Below are positions 1-14,505 of a DNA stretch of 64,000 nucleotides, in pieces (the first letter of the stretch is position 1; each line of letters begins with the position of its first letter). Source of the stretch: Perna viridis (lineage: Eukaryota); contig CM074517.1 in assembly GCA_037379345.1 (NCBI GenBank), forward strand, positions 43,690,500 through 43,754,499, given 5' to 3'. Position numbers and translations under genes: made by a program. The notes under the pieces were generated by a model. That model ran no database searches, had not been told where the DNA came from, and saw only the letters and a list, made by a program, of their open reading frames with translations.

Positions 1-410
1 TACAGGCAAACCAAAAACCTTATTGGGAAAAATGTCAATACACATGCCAGACACCTGCAATGAAAAAACAGAGGAGAAAAATATCCTAATAAAAAGAAAA
101 GATAGCCTTTCCTTCTGTTTAGTAAAGACCTCATTCCAATAAGAAAAATGTACCAAGGTTTTTGTTAAGCACAGAAAAGCTTCCAAAACCACCACAATTT
201 TTAACAAGAATATTTTACAAAAAGTCTGTAATTGTAAAATTTATCAGAAGATATGACATCATAATAGAAATCACCAATGTGACATCATTACTGACGATCA
301 CTTTTACACTTACAACTTTATGTGAAATCATCAACCATTTTCATTGTTTCCGCACCAAACTCCCTATCAATAAAAGGTGTCACACAAATGCGATTCCACA
401 ACTTTCACAA

Positions 411-1712
411 AAGTAATACCCTATAGAGATCTTCACAGTAATCACACATCACACCAAACCTATAGAGATCTTCACAGTAATCACACATCACACCAAACCT
501 GTAAAGACCTTCACAGTAATCACAAATCACACCAAACCTGTAGAGATCTTCACAGTAATCACACATCACATCAAACCTATAGAGATCTTCACAGTAATCA
601 CACATCATATGTTAAACTTTCACCACAGTAATACCAAACCTATAGAGATCTTCACAGTAATCACACATCACACCAAACCTATAGAGATCTTCCCAGTATT
701 CACACATCATACGTTAAAACTTTCACCACAGTAATACCAAACCTATAGAGATCTTCCCAGTATTCACACATCATACGTTAAACTTTCACCACAGTAATAC
801 CAAACCTATAGAGATCTTCACAGTAATCACACATCACACCAAACCTATAGAGATCTTCACAGTAATCACACATCACACCAAACCTATAAAGACCTTCACA
901 GTAATCACACATCATACGTTAAAACTTTCACCACAGTAATACCAAACCTATAGAGATCTTCCCAGTATTCACACATCATACGTTAAACTTTCACCACAGT
1001 AATACCAAACCTATAGAGATCTTCACAGTAATCACACATCACACCAAACCTATAGAGATCTTCACAGGAATCACACATCACACCAAACCTATAGAGATCT
1101 TCCCAGTATTCACACATCATACGTTAAAACTTTCACCACAGTAATACCAAACCTATAGAGATCTTCCCAGTATTCACACATCATACGTTAAACTTTCACC
1201 ACAGTAATACCAAACCTATAGAGATCTTCACAGTAATCACACATCACACCAAACCTATAGAGATCTTCACAGTAATCACACATCACACCAAACCTATAAA
1301 GACCTTCACAGTAATCACAAATCAAACCAAACCTATTGAGATCTTCACAGTAATCACAAATCACACCTTAAACTTTCACCATAGTAATACCAAACCTATA
1401 GAGATCATCACAGTAATCATACATCAAATCAAATCTAGAGATCTTCACAGTAATCACACATCATACATTAAACTTTCACCACAGTAATACCAAACCTATA
1501 GAGATCTTCACAGTAATGACACATCACACCAAACCTATAAAGACCTTCACAGTAATGACACATCATACCTTAAACTTTCACCACAGTAATACCAAACCTA
1601 TAGAGATCTTCACAGTAATGACACATCACACCAAACCTATAGACCTTCACAGTAATCACACATCACACCAAACCTATAGACCTTCACAGTATTCACCCAT
1701 CACACCTTAAAC
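411..1712. repeat. Minisatellite of 39-bp units interleaved with 63/64-bp variants; about 205-bp higher-order period in the middle
   Basis: Unit ccaaacctatagagatcttcacagtaatcacacatcaca; long variant ends tacgttaaa(a)ctttcaccacagtaata; matching variants at 673 and 1083 (2 x 205). Confidence 0.95.
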
Positions 1713-4700
1713 TTGAAAACTCAGAAGTTGAATAGAAAATAGTAAATATGACCTAAATGTACTTATCATGTCTTGATACTAGAGCAGTAGTGTCTGTATC
1801 CAAAACACTGATTTGACATACTTGTTAAGTTCTCCTTAAGGCCTCAGTATAAAAATTGTCTAGATTCCCATCCATCTTTGAAGGCAAAAACAAGGGTAGT
1901 TATAAAAATATTTAATAGTTTCACTGAACACCAGTTTACCTTTCTTAAGAGACTGTTTACTCAAGAGAGAACAGATATTTTTCTGTGCCTAAAGTGGATG
2001 AATCAGAATATACAGGTATTAAAAATCAAATTAAGAACAAATCAAGGAGTTATTTACCTTTACAATAAAGATTTGAGTGCTTCGCTGGTTATTTATTTAA
2101 ATCTTACCATTTCAGTCAATTATAAACCAACTTTTATTTATTTTTTGAAAGTATGAGTTTGTGATTTCAAATGGATGCAATTTTTTTGTGGAAACAAAAT
2201 TTTGCAAGGTAAAGTGTAAGTGTGGCTTAGTTGTGTTGATAGAGTGTTGCCCTACACAGTTCCAAGAATCAAGAGAGTGAATTATGTTACTTGTAGGTTA
2301 AATGTCAAATACATGTGTAGCATGGTGTGAAATAAGTTTCTGGAATAGAATGTGCTTGATACAGATCTACACCATTGCATCTATGTACAAACCATGCTCT
2401 TCAACTTTGATATGCAACCAGAAGTAAACAAATTATGTAACTTGATTAATTTTCAACTTCCCATGTCAAGTACACATTAATCTATCATACTGCCATGTAA
2501 TGCTCCTGTTGTTAAAATACATGACTATGTAAGAGTCTGGCATGTGGAACTACACCTACAACATAGGCAGAAATTTCATTCAGTTTCACCCAGAAAAAAA
2601 CCACTTTTGACACAAGAAAGTCTAAAGAGTATGTAAGGAGTGTTTTCGTCCAATAAGAACGGAAATAAAAATGTAAGGAAAATCATGCAGTGTATTCCAA
2701 CTAATGTTTTCTTCAAAACTGTGAAAGTACTTTAATTTGCAGATACCAATTTTTGTGAATTAGGGAAGAAAAACAATTCATGGATTCCAGAATTTATGGT
2801 TTTTAGGTTTTCAGCACACACATCAATGGAAACCAAATTGTGTGGTTTGGCCCACCTACAAAAAAAAAAAAAGGGAAAAAAATGGCACCCCCAAAAGCAA
2901 TAGAAATTTCACAATAAGCTAGATATATACACAGGTGTATTATTTAATGCATTTTAGCAATGAAATATTCTCTTAAGAAATCCTGATGTATTATTGTGAT
3001 TATTAATTGTCAGCCTGCTTTATTCTTAAAACGAACAGTGTCAGTACTTGCCAACTCTCAAGGATTAGCACAGTGTCTGGTATAGTTTTTACCATGTAGT
3101 GGGCATAAATAATATTTAATATACTTCACCCTTTGTTTATGAACACAAACATCTTGAAATAATAAAACCCAGCCCTTATTATGTCTGAGTCATTCTGCAC
3201 TTTAAAATAAGTACTAAATATGCAGTTGATATTTTGAATATGTACATGCATTGCTACTGGCACAAAACTCTTTTAAGTCTTAGCTACCAGTACTGAATAA
3301 ACAATGTATGGTTCCTTTTTTATATACTATACCATATCAACTGTAGAGAGAAACGAGCAATGCCAAGTATGGTATCAACTCACAGTGTTTTTTTACCTCT
3401 GACTTACTTTCTAACTTAACCAATGATGTTAAATATTCAAGCTCCCAAGAAATATTTAAAGGGTACCATGAAGAATTCATACAATATCAAGAACAATGGT
3501 ATATTTGTTATTTCATGTGTTTACAATCTGCCATCAGAACTTACCTCATTTCTGATTTCAGATCCAAGAAGCATATTTAATACATGTATTCAACTTAGAG
3601 CATCATTCACATGCTTGGAACTATTTTTTTTTTCATGATAATGATAGCATACAAGCAATTAGGATCAGATTACTGGAAAAGGTATACACTGGGTTTAATA
3701 TTGAACATAATTTTGAATGCATTTAGAAAATTATTCCACATTCAATTCTCCCAGGAATAATTAAGTCTACTCAGTTTTACTATTAATTCAGTTTATTTAT
3801 AAATCATTCAAATTCCAAAAATGGAAAAAAAAAACAATAAAAAAGTAAAATATGTATTCAATAGTTGTCATGTCAAAAATATATAACTTACCACGAAACT
3901 GACGAAACGAATTCACAGAAACCAGAAACTTCATAGACACAATAGATAGAACTCCGCCTACACTTCCAGAAAATCAATTATCTCAATAATTCAGTCTTTT
4001 GATGATTGTATACACTAACTGAAATGTATGTCTCTTACAAAAATGTTGGGTTTTTAAACAGGAAACTGATGCTTGACAATCATAAACTGATAGAGGAGTG
4101 ACTCCAACAGTAATTATACATTAACTAAAGCCTGCTTGTCTTTCACCTGGTGGGATTCAGTTTACCTGTGATAAAGGAGTTTGCATTTCAAGTTGTTTTT
4201 TTATGTTTTGCAGGTGACAACACAAAGTTTTATTACTATTGAATCATGTCGGTTGATGAATTATTGATTTGGTAGAAAAGTACCTTGAATGAGTCATGAC
4301 AGTCTGACTCTTGGGACTATATCACTACCCAAAGGCTCAGAAGGATTAAAACTATGGAAAGACATAAGGCATTTTACAATATGTATGTGTCTATTTATTA
4401 GATAAGAAAAATTTCTGAGCATACAATGAAGCTGCATCCAGGAAAGTATTGATCTGAAAAACCAGAAACTCAGTACCACTTTCCATGCAGCTTGAAAGGT
4501 CCTTTCCTTGTTTACCAGATATCATGCTGAGAATCAAGAGGCTTGGCAGACTAAATGTCAACACCAAATCTTTGAACTTTGGAACATTTTTCACTACAAA
4601 AACATTTTAACCTGTTGTGGACATGCCAGTTTGATAATTATGGGGAAAGTTGACTACAAAAGCCTAACAACAATAACAAAAAAAAAGAGAAAAAACTTAT

Positions 4701-6054
4701 TCCACACCCTCAAAAAGTTCAATATTGAATACAAACAGCATATGTGCCATTGTCATATGAGATCAAACATCCATTGGCTTACTACACTTCAGAATGGCGT
4801 CCTTGATATTCAACATATAATTCATCTCTGATATTTTTTACAAAACAACAAAGAACACCAATTAATAACTGGAAGAGATAATAGCAACAAATGGAAAATA
4901 ATGGATAAACGATAGGCTTCAATGTCAATATGACGTAATCGTCATGGAGATGAATTACATGCGAATGTCAATGACCTCTTCGATGGTTTTTTTTGACATA
5001 ACATAACATGTACTGGAGCACTCAGCACTACTTATATGGAGACGAAAAACAAAACTTAACTATTTCACAGACATGGGAATTACTTGAACCTGGATAAATC
5101 TTTCACATTTTATAAACTGTAAAATTGCCTAATACATGTATTATAGGTACATGTCTTCAGGAATGACAGCAATATCCTGCAATGAAGCAGAGGGGACCAT
5201 TCTCCTGATCTTAATAAATATGAATGACAAATGGATAAAATCAACATTTCTGAAAATTCTGAACATTTTATCGAGAAATAGACCTTCAGGAATTTTTTCA
5301 CAGAAAAATTGTTCATGAAAATTAACCTACCCACAACTGAAATCAACCTACAAATTATCAAAAGAAAACTTACCCTGTAACAAATTTTATTTCCTACTTG
5401 TAATGGGACATTGGAAAACTATAATCCTAGTACATTTAGTAAGAAATTGCTCAGTATCTTAATTCAAAGAAGACTGAATGTTTCAATCCAATCCTTATTA
5501 CTGTCCATAAACATAGCCTTTGGCTCAACTAATTTGTCCTGAAGTAAGAGCTAGTGTAATTCCTTGGGAGAACAGAACAACTTTGAGCTCTCCCTCCCAG
5601 TCCCCACATTTTTAACAATACAATATTTAAATCTTAGTTTCCAGTCATTTGGCAAACAGGGCAAAAAAAAAAATGAGAATGTTTATTCTTTAAGTTCAAA
5701 TGAACTGTGAATACAATCCTTTTCCCCTCGTTATACCACACCTTATTTGACGAGGAAAAGTGCAGAATTTTAAAACATGCTCATCCTTAAAAATTTGTGT
5801 TCACTTTAAACCAAAAGCATGAAAAAAAAAAAAGACAATATAAACATGTAATTACTTGTATCATACAAACGATAATGTACAACAGATAAAATACAGAAGG
5901 AACGGAGAAAATAAATACATTTCTGAAACATATCATTTGTCTAAGAATGAAAAGTCTTGATTAAACAAGATAGTATTTGAATATGGAATTATTTTGGAGT
6001 TTAGAAATGACAAAAAAAATAATTTGTGAAATCAACCCTTTAATAGTGGATTAC

Positions 6055-6106
6055 GTCATGATGGCATGGCTAAGGGGTAAGTCATGATGGCATGGCTAAG
6101 GGGTAA
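6055..6106. repeat. 26-bp tandem duplication
   Basis: gtcatgatggcatggctaaggggtaa twice. Confidence 0.9.
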
Positions 6107-9100
6107 TAGCAAAAGGCACGGAAAACTTAATAACCACCTCAGTCATAACGGCATGACTATGACCCCTTTAGTAGGGGTAAATTTGGCACATTATTTTTTA
6201 CTATTTTTTTTAAATCCAAAATAACTCCAAATTCAAATTCGTGTAATACCTTTTTATACAACAACTTGTGTGCAATACAATTCATTGCCTTGTAAACATT
6301 TACACAACATATGTACTTCTGTTTTGTTTAACACATATCTAATTAAAGAGTAGCATTTTTTTTTCTTTTCGCATGTGCCTCGTTAACACCATGCTCTTGT
6401 CTTAAGGAGGTAGACCTACGGTAAGGGACACAACTCTTACAAATCATTGGGATGTTTATATTCAGCATTTGACATTAATCTCATGTAAGCATTAAAGTAA
6501 CTTGGATTGATTTCATTCTGTGTCAAATGAAAACTTGATAAGCTTCGGTGAAATTGAGTATGATACAAACATATCACTGATTTCAAGAGTAACGTCCCAT
6601 ACCCTAAGTCTACAACCATAATATAGATACTTACAGATTCAAAGGAGTTACTGACCACATCCAATGAAATCTGAATAATCATGATTTTTTTTAATTCTTT
6701 TTATGATTCTTCTATGGTAATACCTTCAATTTTTTTCACGCCATCTTTAATCCAACATAACAAACCTTCCTTTAAGTGCTTATTATGCAAAAGCATTGTA
6801 GTACATGTAGTAGAAAAGGCATTATGCTTCCCAGCATGCCCTGAATTCAAACCACTGTCCTACCCACAGTTCTAAGATTAAAGAAGCATGTTGTCTTTTT
6901 GCATGTGATACATTCAAGCCATGATTTTTACTTAAGTTTCCTTTGACGTATATCTGTAGAACACGCAGGTCTAGTCTCTGACAAAGACTGCAGGCGCAAT
7001 CATAAAATATTTCAAATGTAACATGAGAAAGCTTAATAAATGCAGCCTTTTTTAATTTCTTTTCCATTACAATTAAAGGATTCACACTTGTGCATAAAGA
7101 TGTGCATGACGAGGTTTTTGAAAGTTACATAACATTTAATGTCACCACGCTATATGTTAAATGTTTTCCAATCAACAAAATTATGGTCTTTATCTAACAA
7201 GGATCAATTCAAAGCCATAATTTGTAAAAAAATCATTGGATTATTGCATTTAATGTTGTAATTATTTTGTGAGCTGAAAATGATGACATTTTTCTTCCCA
7301 TTTACAATATTTTTTACATTACTTAATCAAGATTAAATTGAGTTTCTCACTGGGGTGTAACTTTTATATAGTCCATACCTTGTCCCAGACAGACAGTGAC
7401 ATTCAATGTCAGACTTTTTATCCAAAATTCTTCAAAAATCAAAAAATTACAAGCAAAAGAATAACAAGGTTGAGCAGAAAAGACTTAAGTAGTAGTCTTT
7501 GTAAGAATCATGCAAATTCTGTAAAATGTGATATACCTAAAAAATGGCAACACATTTTTATTTTAGTTATTAAGTTGCTTTATCAGTCTATATGATGAAA
7601 TGTTTAATTATTCATTCCAATCTATCTGCTCTTAGGAGATAATTCACACTGAAAATCCAACAGAATCTATAGTATTTTAGTGTCATTTACAGAGTTGTCT
7701 CCCTTAATTTTGAATTTTACAGTACATTCTTTATATTTTTTATTTCCTAATAACACAGGTTATATGAAAACCCGCATGTTAATTTCTGTTTACTATAACA
7801 CTTTAAACAAAATATCAAAAATAAAAATATGTGGGCTTTCCAACCCTGAATCACATTTTGCATGATTCTTAGCCGGAGTGCTACTTAATATTACAATCTT
7901 GTCTAACCAAACAAAAATTAAATTGTAGTGGGGACATTCATTTCAGTTTCATAAAAAAAATCTTGTGGAAGTGCATATTTGGACTATATATTGCCAACAT
8001 TTAAAACACAGCTCTCACAACATTATTTCGGTTGTAAGATATTTTGCTTGGCACTTTCAATAAGTCCTAGGTTAGAAATTTAGAATCCTGGACCTCAGAC
8101 CACAAAAAAGTTGAACCCCTGCAAATATCTTTTTCCTGGCTTTTGCCTGTTTTTGTTCATGATTTTGTTTCATTGGAGTAGTATCATTTTTTGAAAACCT
8201 TTTTGGCCTTATTTTGATCTTAAGCAGCAAGAGCAGTAACACATCTGATAATCTTGGAATAATGTAAACTTGAAAGAAAATACGTTCATTCAATTAAATG
8301 TGAGAAAAAGAAACAAAATTATTAATCTATAATAATTATCTTAAAACTTTTTTTAATGCTTGCTTAAAATCATTTTTTAATGCTTGCTTAAAATCATTTT
8401 TTAATGATTACAATAAAATATATACAAATACTTACAGAACTTTAATTCTTCTTCCACATCAATTTTTTTTCTCTAATTTCTCAATTTTAAACTTGAATGT
8501 CCTACAAGATTAAAAGTACAAGTCACTTCCAATACACAACTAAATACTGTTTGTTTGATTATCTCCCTTGAGTAAAATCTTTTGTCAAAATATTAACATT
8601 GCCAGGACATAAGATTGACACAAGCAATTTGTTCTTAAACAAGATTTAAAATGTAACAGACCTTAAACAAAAACATAAATTTTGTGTAACCCATGAGCAT
8701 GATGGCAAATTGAGTTGAAATGAAAATTTTATTAGTGACAGACTGTTAAACAATAGCTCTAGGCCACTTCAAAAACAGTATATAATGATCTAACATTTTA
8801 ATGTAAAAGAAACATAGACACATGTTATCCTAGATATACAAATATGTTACCAAAATTTGTTTTTCAGAAATTAATTTGATGGTGTAAGTCTAGAATATTC
8901 ATGTTAATGAAGATAGACACAGACAAAAACTATAGTCTGTTTTAATAACATCAAGACCCCCCTTTTTTAACAGATTTTCAAGAGAGGGCTCAGCAACTCA
9001 CACAACAAAAAAACAATAGGACATGGGTACATGTATGTTCCCTATAGATTACCCACTCCTTTAATTCTACAGTCATCAATATAACCTGACCAATATAGAG

Positions 9101-9995
9101 TCACCCTTTCAAAGGGTCGAAGGGACAAAGGATCTCTATCTATCATAAATAATTCTACTCTTAAGTAAATTTGATTGCCAACAGATTTCAAAGTTCTAAG
9201 AATCATGGGGTCTATCATAAAAGTTTTTATACAAATTTACCATTTCTTGAGGGTTTGTCATAAGACCTGTATTTCAAAATTTCCCATCACCTAGAGGTAG
9301 TATATATATTAGTTTCGATGTTTATATGACATCATATTAGAATGGTCCGTATCATCGTGCCTTCTAAATCCTTGTAATACTATGTACAAAATAAAGTTGA
9401 ACTTACATAGCAAAACTAATTCTACCTAAACTTGATGTAGCTTGTTTACTTATCCAACTTACCAAAAAACTGACTAAAATCCCCTTAAATAGTACTGAAA
9501 TATAAACAGGATGAATTCTACTATCAGAAAGTCTACATCATCAATTTTATTTGACTGATAATGATGAACAATAAATAAATGTACTATATTAGGCCAAAAT
9601 AAAAAGTATCCTAGATTCTCATCCCCACCTGGCACAATTTTTTTACTTTTACAGAAAAATTTTGATTTTTTTCCCAGTTTAGATAAATTTCTTTCAAATT
9701 GACAGAATTTTTCACTTAAATTGATAAAAATTAAAACATTAAATTCACCGCTTGCCTGTAATATTGAAGAATGTTGGATGAGCATCTAGGAATTTGTTTA
9801 TGATGGCCTTAACGCAATCCTATCCTAATTTATATCCATAAAACCATAATTCATGTATAACTTCATAATTACATGCTTTCAGTCAGGTATTTCAATGAAT
9901 TATTAGAATAAACCAAATTTAGTGTATTGTTAAGCAGTACATTTCCAAAATGACACCATAAGGTGATCAGTAATAACAATTTTGCAAAATTAAAT

Positions 9996-11005
9996 AAACA
10001 GCTGCACTAAGAGCGAAAGATACGCCCGTCCGTAAGAATAGCTGATGGTATAAATTTTTGAAAACAATAACCTGATTTCTGATTACCAAAAAATTAGTCT
10101 GTACATATAGTGAGCAAAGTTTTTTCTTCAGTTATTCAAAAAGTATAAATGATCTTACAACTGTTTGACATGATGAAAGTATACAATAGCATTTAAAAGG
10201 GAGTCTTTGTTTTTGAACTAGATAAAACTATAATAAACTACAGAATTGAAAACTGGACAAATAATTCATTATGTAATAATATTATTATGAGGTAAGACCT
10301 ACAGTTAATAGTACAATTCCTTCTACTTCTACTGTAAGGAAGTTCATATTGCCTTGTGGTCAGAATAATAAGTTTCTAGGGTACCACTCTGATATTTGTC
10401 AGTATTCATGTATTCAAATCTATTGAAGTCATTTGTTGGTCCCAATATAATACAGCTTTTCAAAACTGTAAGTAAGCAGCAATCTTATGTCGCGGTAATT
10501 ACATCAGATTTGACAACAAAATAGATTTTTGAAGTGAATAAAGTTCCATAACTCTGGAACGACAAATAAATAATTCTTCAAAATCGAAAGGAAGCGTTCT
10601 TCTGTGAATATTAATATTGTGCTAAAATTTCATTTGAATCCGTAAAAGCGAATTTGAGTGATGGACGAAAGGACCAATGGACAGATGGAAAATGGTATAC
10701 CATTATACAACCATAATCTAGCATGTCTATAAAACTGTATGCAAAATTTCAAGAATAGTATCAGTAAAGCTGAGTTATTACATCAGATTAGACAATAATA
10801 TAAATTTTTAAGTGAATAAAGTTCCGTAACTCTGGAAGAACAAATAAAAAATTCTTCAAAATCAAAAGGGAGCTTCCTTCCATTAATATTAATATTGTGC
10901 TAAAATTTCATTTGAATCCGTAAAAGCGAATTTGAGTTATCTCGCGACGTGTGGACGGACGGTATACCATAATACGTCCCGTCTATATAGACGGGCATAT
11001 AAAAA
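9996..11005 (-). mobile_element. Non-autonomous DINE-1/HINE (Helentron-associated)-like element with duplicated internal core
   Basis: Subterminal inverted repeats tacgcccgtc (10021) and gacgggcata (10990); perfect 18-bp palindrome cccgtctatatagacggg (10978-10995); short GTCC repeat; A/T-run flanks; about 160-bp core at about 10500 and again at about 10780. Confidence 0.7.
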
Positions 11006-14000
11006 CAAAATACTATTTCAAATTTTGATTGATCTGTTAAAAGTACAAGATTTTGGCAAAAGGTTTCTTCTACAGTCTAAAAAAAAAACTGTAGATTTTT
11101 AAAGCAAAAAATTGGTCTTTTTCATATCTTAACCAGCTTTTGAATCTGTAATCCGCATCCAACATAGTGTATTCTCATCTGACCCTTTGATTACCAGTCT
11201 TACAACAAACTTTTTTAAATCTTAAAATGTTTGAAAAACAAAATCTGAATATTTCCTCTCTAGAACAAAAATTAGGAGTATTTTTATTATTTATTAATAG
11301 AATGTTTGAAGATTGATTAAGTTGCTAATGAGTCAGACTATTCTATATAATATATTTCATATTCCCCACTTTGGCTTCGGTTTTTAAGATTTTCAGCAAA
11401 GGGGAATAACTTTCTAGAAATTCGTTATCCAACAGGCTGGTTTACTGTCAAATGGGAGCAATGGACAGCAGTAGACTTCAAATTCAAATATTCAATTTAT
11501 TAGAGCCACGGTAAGTACTTGGATACTTTAAAATAACTTACTTCAAACCATTCAGGTACTGAACAAAGTGAAAACAGTTTAAGTTTCAAAGAAAAATGTT
11601 TACCAGGTTGTCGGGTGTTGGTGGGTTATGTCCTTTTGAAATACAAGCTTAAATGGCTTGCATTCCATAAATATGAGAGACTATTTGGTCGAATACATAT
11701 ATGGGCAAAAGTATGGACTGCCAGGAGACCAGTAAACTAGCCATTTCTTTTTGTTCTTTTTTTTTATATCAAGAAGTCCATACTATGGTAATTTTAATAT
11801 ACACCACAAAAATAGTACTACTTTCAAATGCATTAAAGAGGAATAAGACATTTAAAAATAACCGTAGTGAAACTGGTCTTCACTCCAGTGTAACCAGATA
11901 TTTTCATTTTGAACCTGCGAAATCTGAACTGAACACCTGTATAAACCAAACAAATCAGTTAACACAGGTTTCACTGTGTGAAGTAAACTGGTACACCTGC
12001 ACATCAGACTGAATTCTTACACACGGAATAGAAATAAGCGTTTCCACATAAGAACTCAACCCTATGTGAATCATTGATGTTTATATATCACAAGAGTAAT
12101 TTTATTGCAGTTTCAGTATTTCATTTTAAAAGGATTATGAGTTTCTTACATACACTATAATTCAATTTAAGGTACCACTCCTATTAAAAGGTAGGGACTT
12201 ATATATATTGGGTGAATACTAGAAACAGGAAATTTAGCACAGTTTCGATGATCTGTCTAGTTTCACACACTTTTGAATATGCAGTAATATCTCAAATTGA
12301 AGTATAATATCACCTACATAATCAAGATTGTAAAATTTTGGTGTTACAGGTCTTACTAAATGAAAGTAAGTGAAAATCAAACTGTGCCCAAAATACCATG
12401 GTTTACAGTACACCAATGATATAAGAATTGAAAAAAGAATAGATTTCATAGGGGTGTATATAGTATACAGAGAAAAAAATGTGTTCATTGCAATTCCAAC
12501 TGAATTCAACAATCAAGAGTGCCTAATGAAAGCATTTTTATGACATACAGGCAGACAGACAAGTCAAAAACAGAAAGAGGGATAAAACAGCATTACTTCA
12601 TGTTTATTCCATCTTACCGGTATCTTAGTACATTTCCTACCTTTTACTTATCAGTAGCTGTATTGTAATTTACTTATTTCACGAAGACCCTTATTCTCCA
12701 TAAAATAATTTTACAAAGGTGTTGGGAAAGGGCAGAAATATCCACGTGGGGGAGAGATACATTTAATCTTAGATGTAGTAAAATTGATTAGACAAATAGA
12801 CGGTAAAAATTAGATTCTAATATCTTCCAGGCAGTGTATATTTAAATGGCTTGTATGGCTACAGATCTTCATGGATAATTCTATGGTAATATATTTTAAA
12901 ACTTTAAACAGAGCCTCCTGATCTTACTTTATTCTACAGTTTCAATGTGATGGGAAAATAAATGAATTGGACCCATTTGGCCTTTTCTTATTGTGAAAAG
13001 TTGTGTAAGATATTTCACTTTGACATTTCAATCTTCAAATTAAGCTGAAAGCCTGACAACTAAGATGTGTACAATCCTAGTGAGACTTGTGAAATTTGTG
13101 TATAAGTCATATATCTGAGTATGTATAAAGAATAAGTTAAAAAACATTAGTTTTCAGCAGATATTAAAAAAGTTTATCATCAAGACTAGGGGAAAAAAAT
13201 GACTTGTAGGGGAATATATAATACTTTGGTATTAGTTTTGCTATAATTAACAAGGGCACTTAACTCCAGGGTTTTAATGCAGTATAGGCAACAAGATATT
13301 TTTTAGTCCCCACACTATATTGTGATGGGGGACTTATCCTGTAAATCTTAACAGATGTTCAGAATTCATAAAGGTACATATTACACTTATGTGATTTGAC
13401 CTGTAGTTTATGGCAAACTTTTACTGCAAGACCAAAATTATAATACAATTTGAGTAATGATTGCAGAAACTATCAAAAGAGGTGACAAAAAAATTTCACA
13501 TTTTATAGTAAATATATAAATAATAAGACAATCTATTAACTATTTAAATTACAAAAGGATATTTTTTTTTACCCCCTAGAACATCAATAAAGTATAAAAA
13601 TCAAAATTATGGAACAATATCACCATTAATTGATATGTAACCTTGACATACTCTTTAAATTCATGCCCTTCACAAAAAAAAACAAATTAATAACCATGCA
13701 TTGTTGGTAAATATCAGGCTTCATAACAAACCACAAATCTATCGGCTCATAATAAAAATGCCAATTGATTTATGAAATTAATTTTAATATAATTTTCCTT
13801 TGACAAGTCTGTGTCATTTTTATTTCTTGATTAAAAGATTTGATTAGTTGAGTAAAGCCACTTTAAACACTTTGATGACATGAACACTATTATTTTAGGG
13901 ACAAAGGTCCTAATATTTAATGATGTTTGTCCCATAAAAATGATTTAACGTTCAGAAGCCTGTAATAAATGTCCGACCATTTTAATATTTTAATATATTT

Positions 14001-14111
14001 TACCTCAAGCTGTTAAAGAAGTTCAAAGGTGTAAACCCTCCAATAGCCAACCTTCCAAAGGCAGGTTAGTGCTGGCCACTCATCTTATACATCCAAAAAC
14101 ATACCTGGCTT

Positions 14112-14505
14112 CAGTGATTTTCCAACTCTTATTTTGGGGACGAATTTGGGCCCAAAGTCCAAAGAAACTTGTGCTGCAAATTTCCAAATTTCAGCAGTGA
14201 AATTCCCAAATTGCCTTATAATACATCTCTCAAAATTTGCACGTATTAAAATTTGATATTTATATGAAAGATGAAAAGAAGCTCTCTCCACTCTACTATA
14301 TCATATTTGTGGTCCTCATCAACACAATGGAAATGGTAATGGTACTCATCGGGAGTTCTCATTAGAAATTACTTTTAAAGTAGAATAATACAAAAATAAT
14401 TCTTCCCCTCATGCATACAGATTTTTTCCAAAATAAAAAATTTTCACGCTCTTTTTCCCAATTGCAAGGGAACCAGGTCCTTCCCCAACGGAAGGTAAAT
14501 CATTG
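14112..14505. mobile_element. Non-autonomous TIR element with 5-bp target-site duplication
   Basis: Ends CAGTGATTT...AAATCATTG (8/9 inverted match), flanked both sides by ggctt. Confidence 0.6.

Noticed and set aside
377-1712. CRISPR-like array, or coding CxxC (MCDYCEDLYRFGV) and His-rich repeats
   Set aside because: Units are contiguous with no unique spacers and no cas genes in a eukaryotic context. The ORFs follow from the 39-bp unit and are broken by the longer variants.
6402-7887. TTAA-bounded element (Kolobok, Crypton or piggyBac-like)
   Set aside because: The two ends are not inverted repeats of each other and the internal ORFs are unrecognisable, so I cannot support the boundaries.
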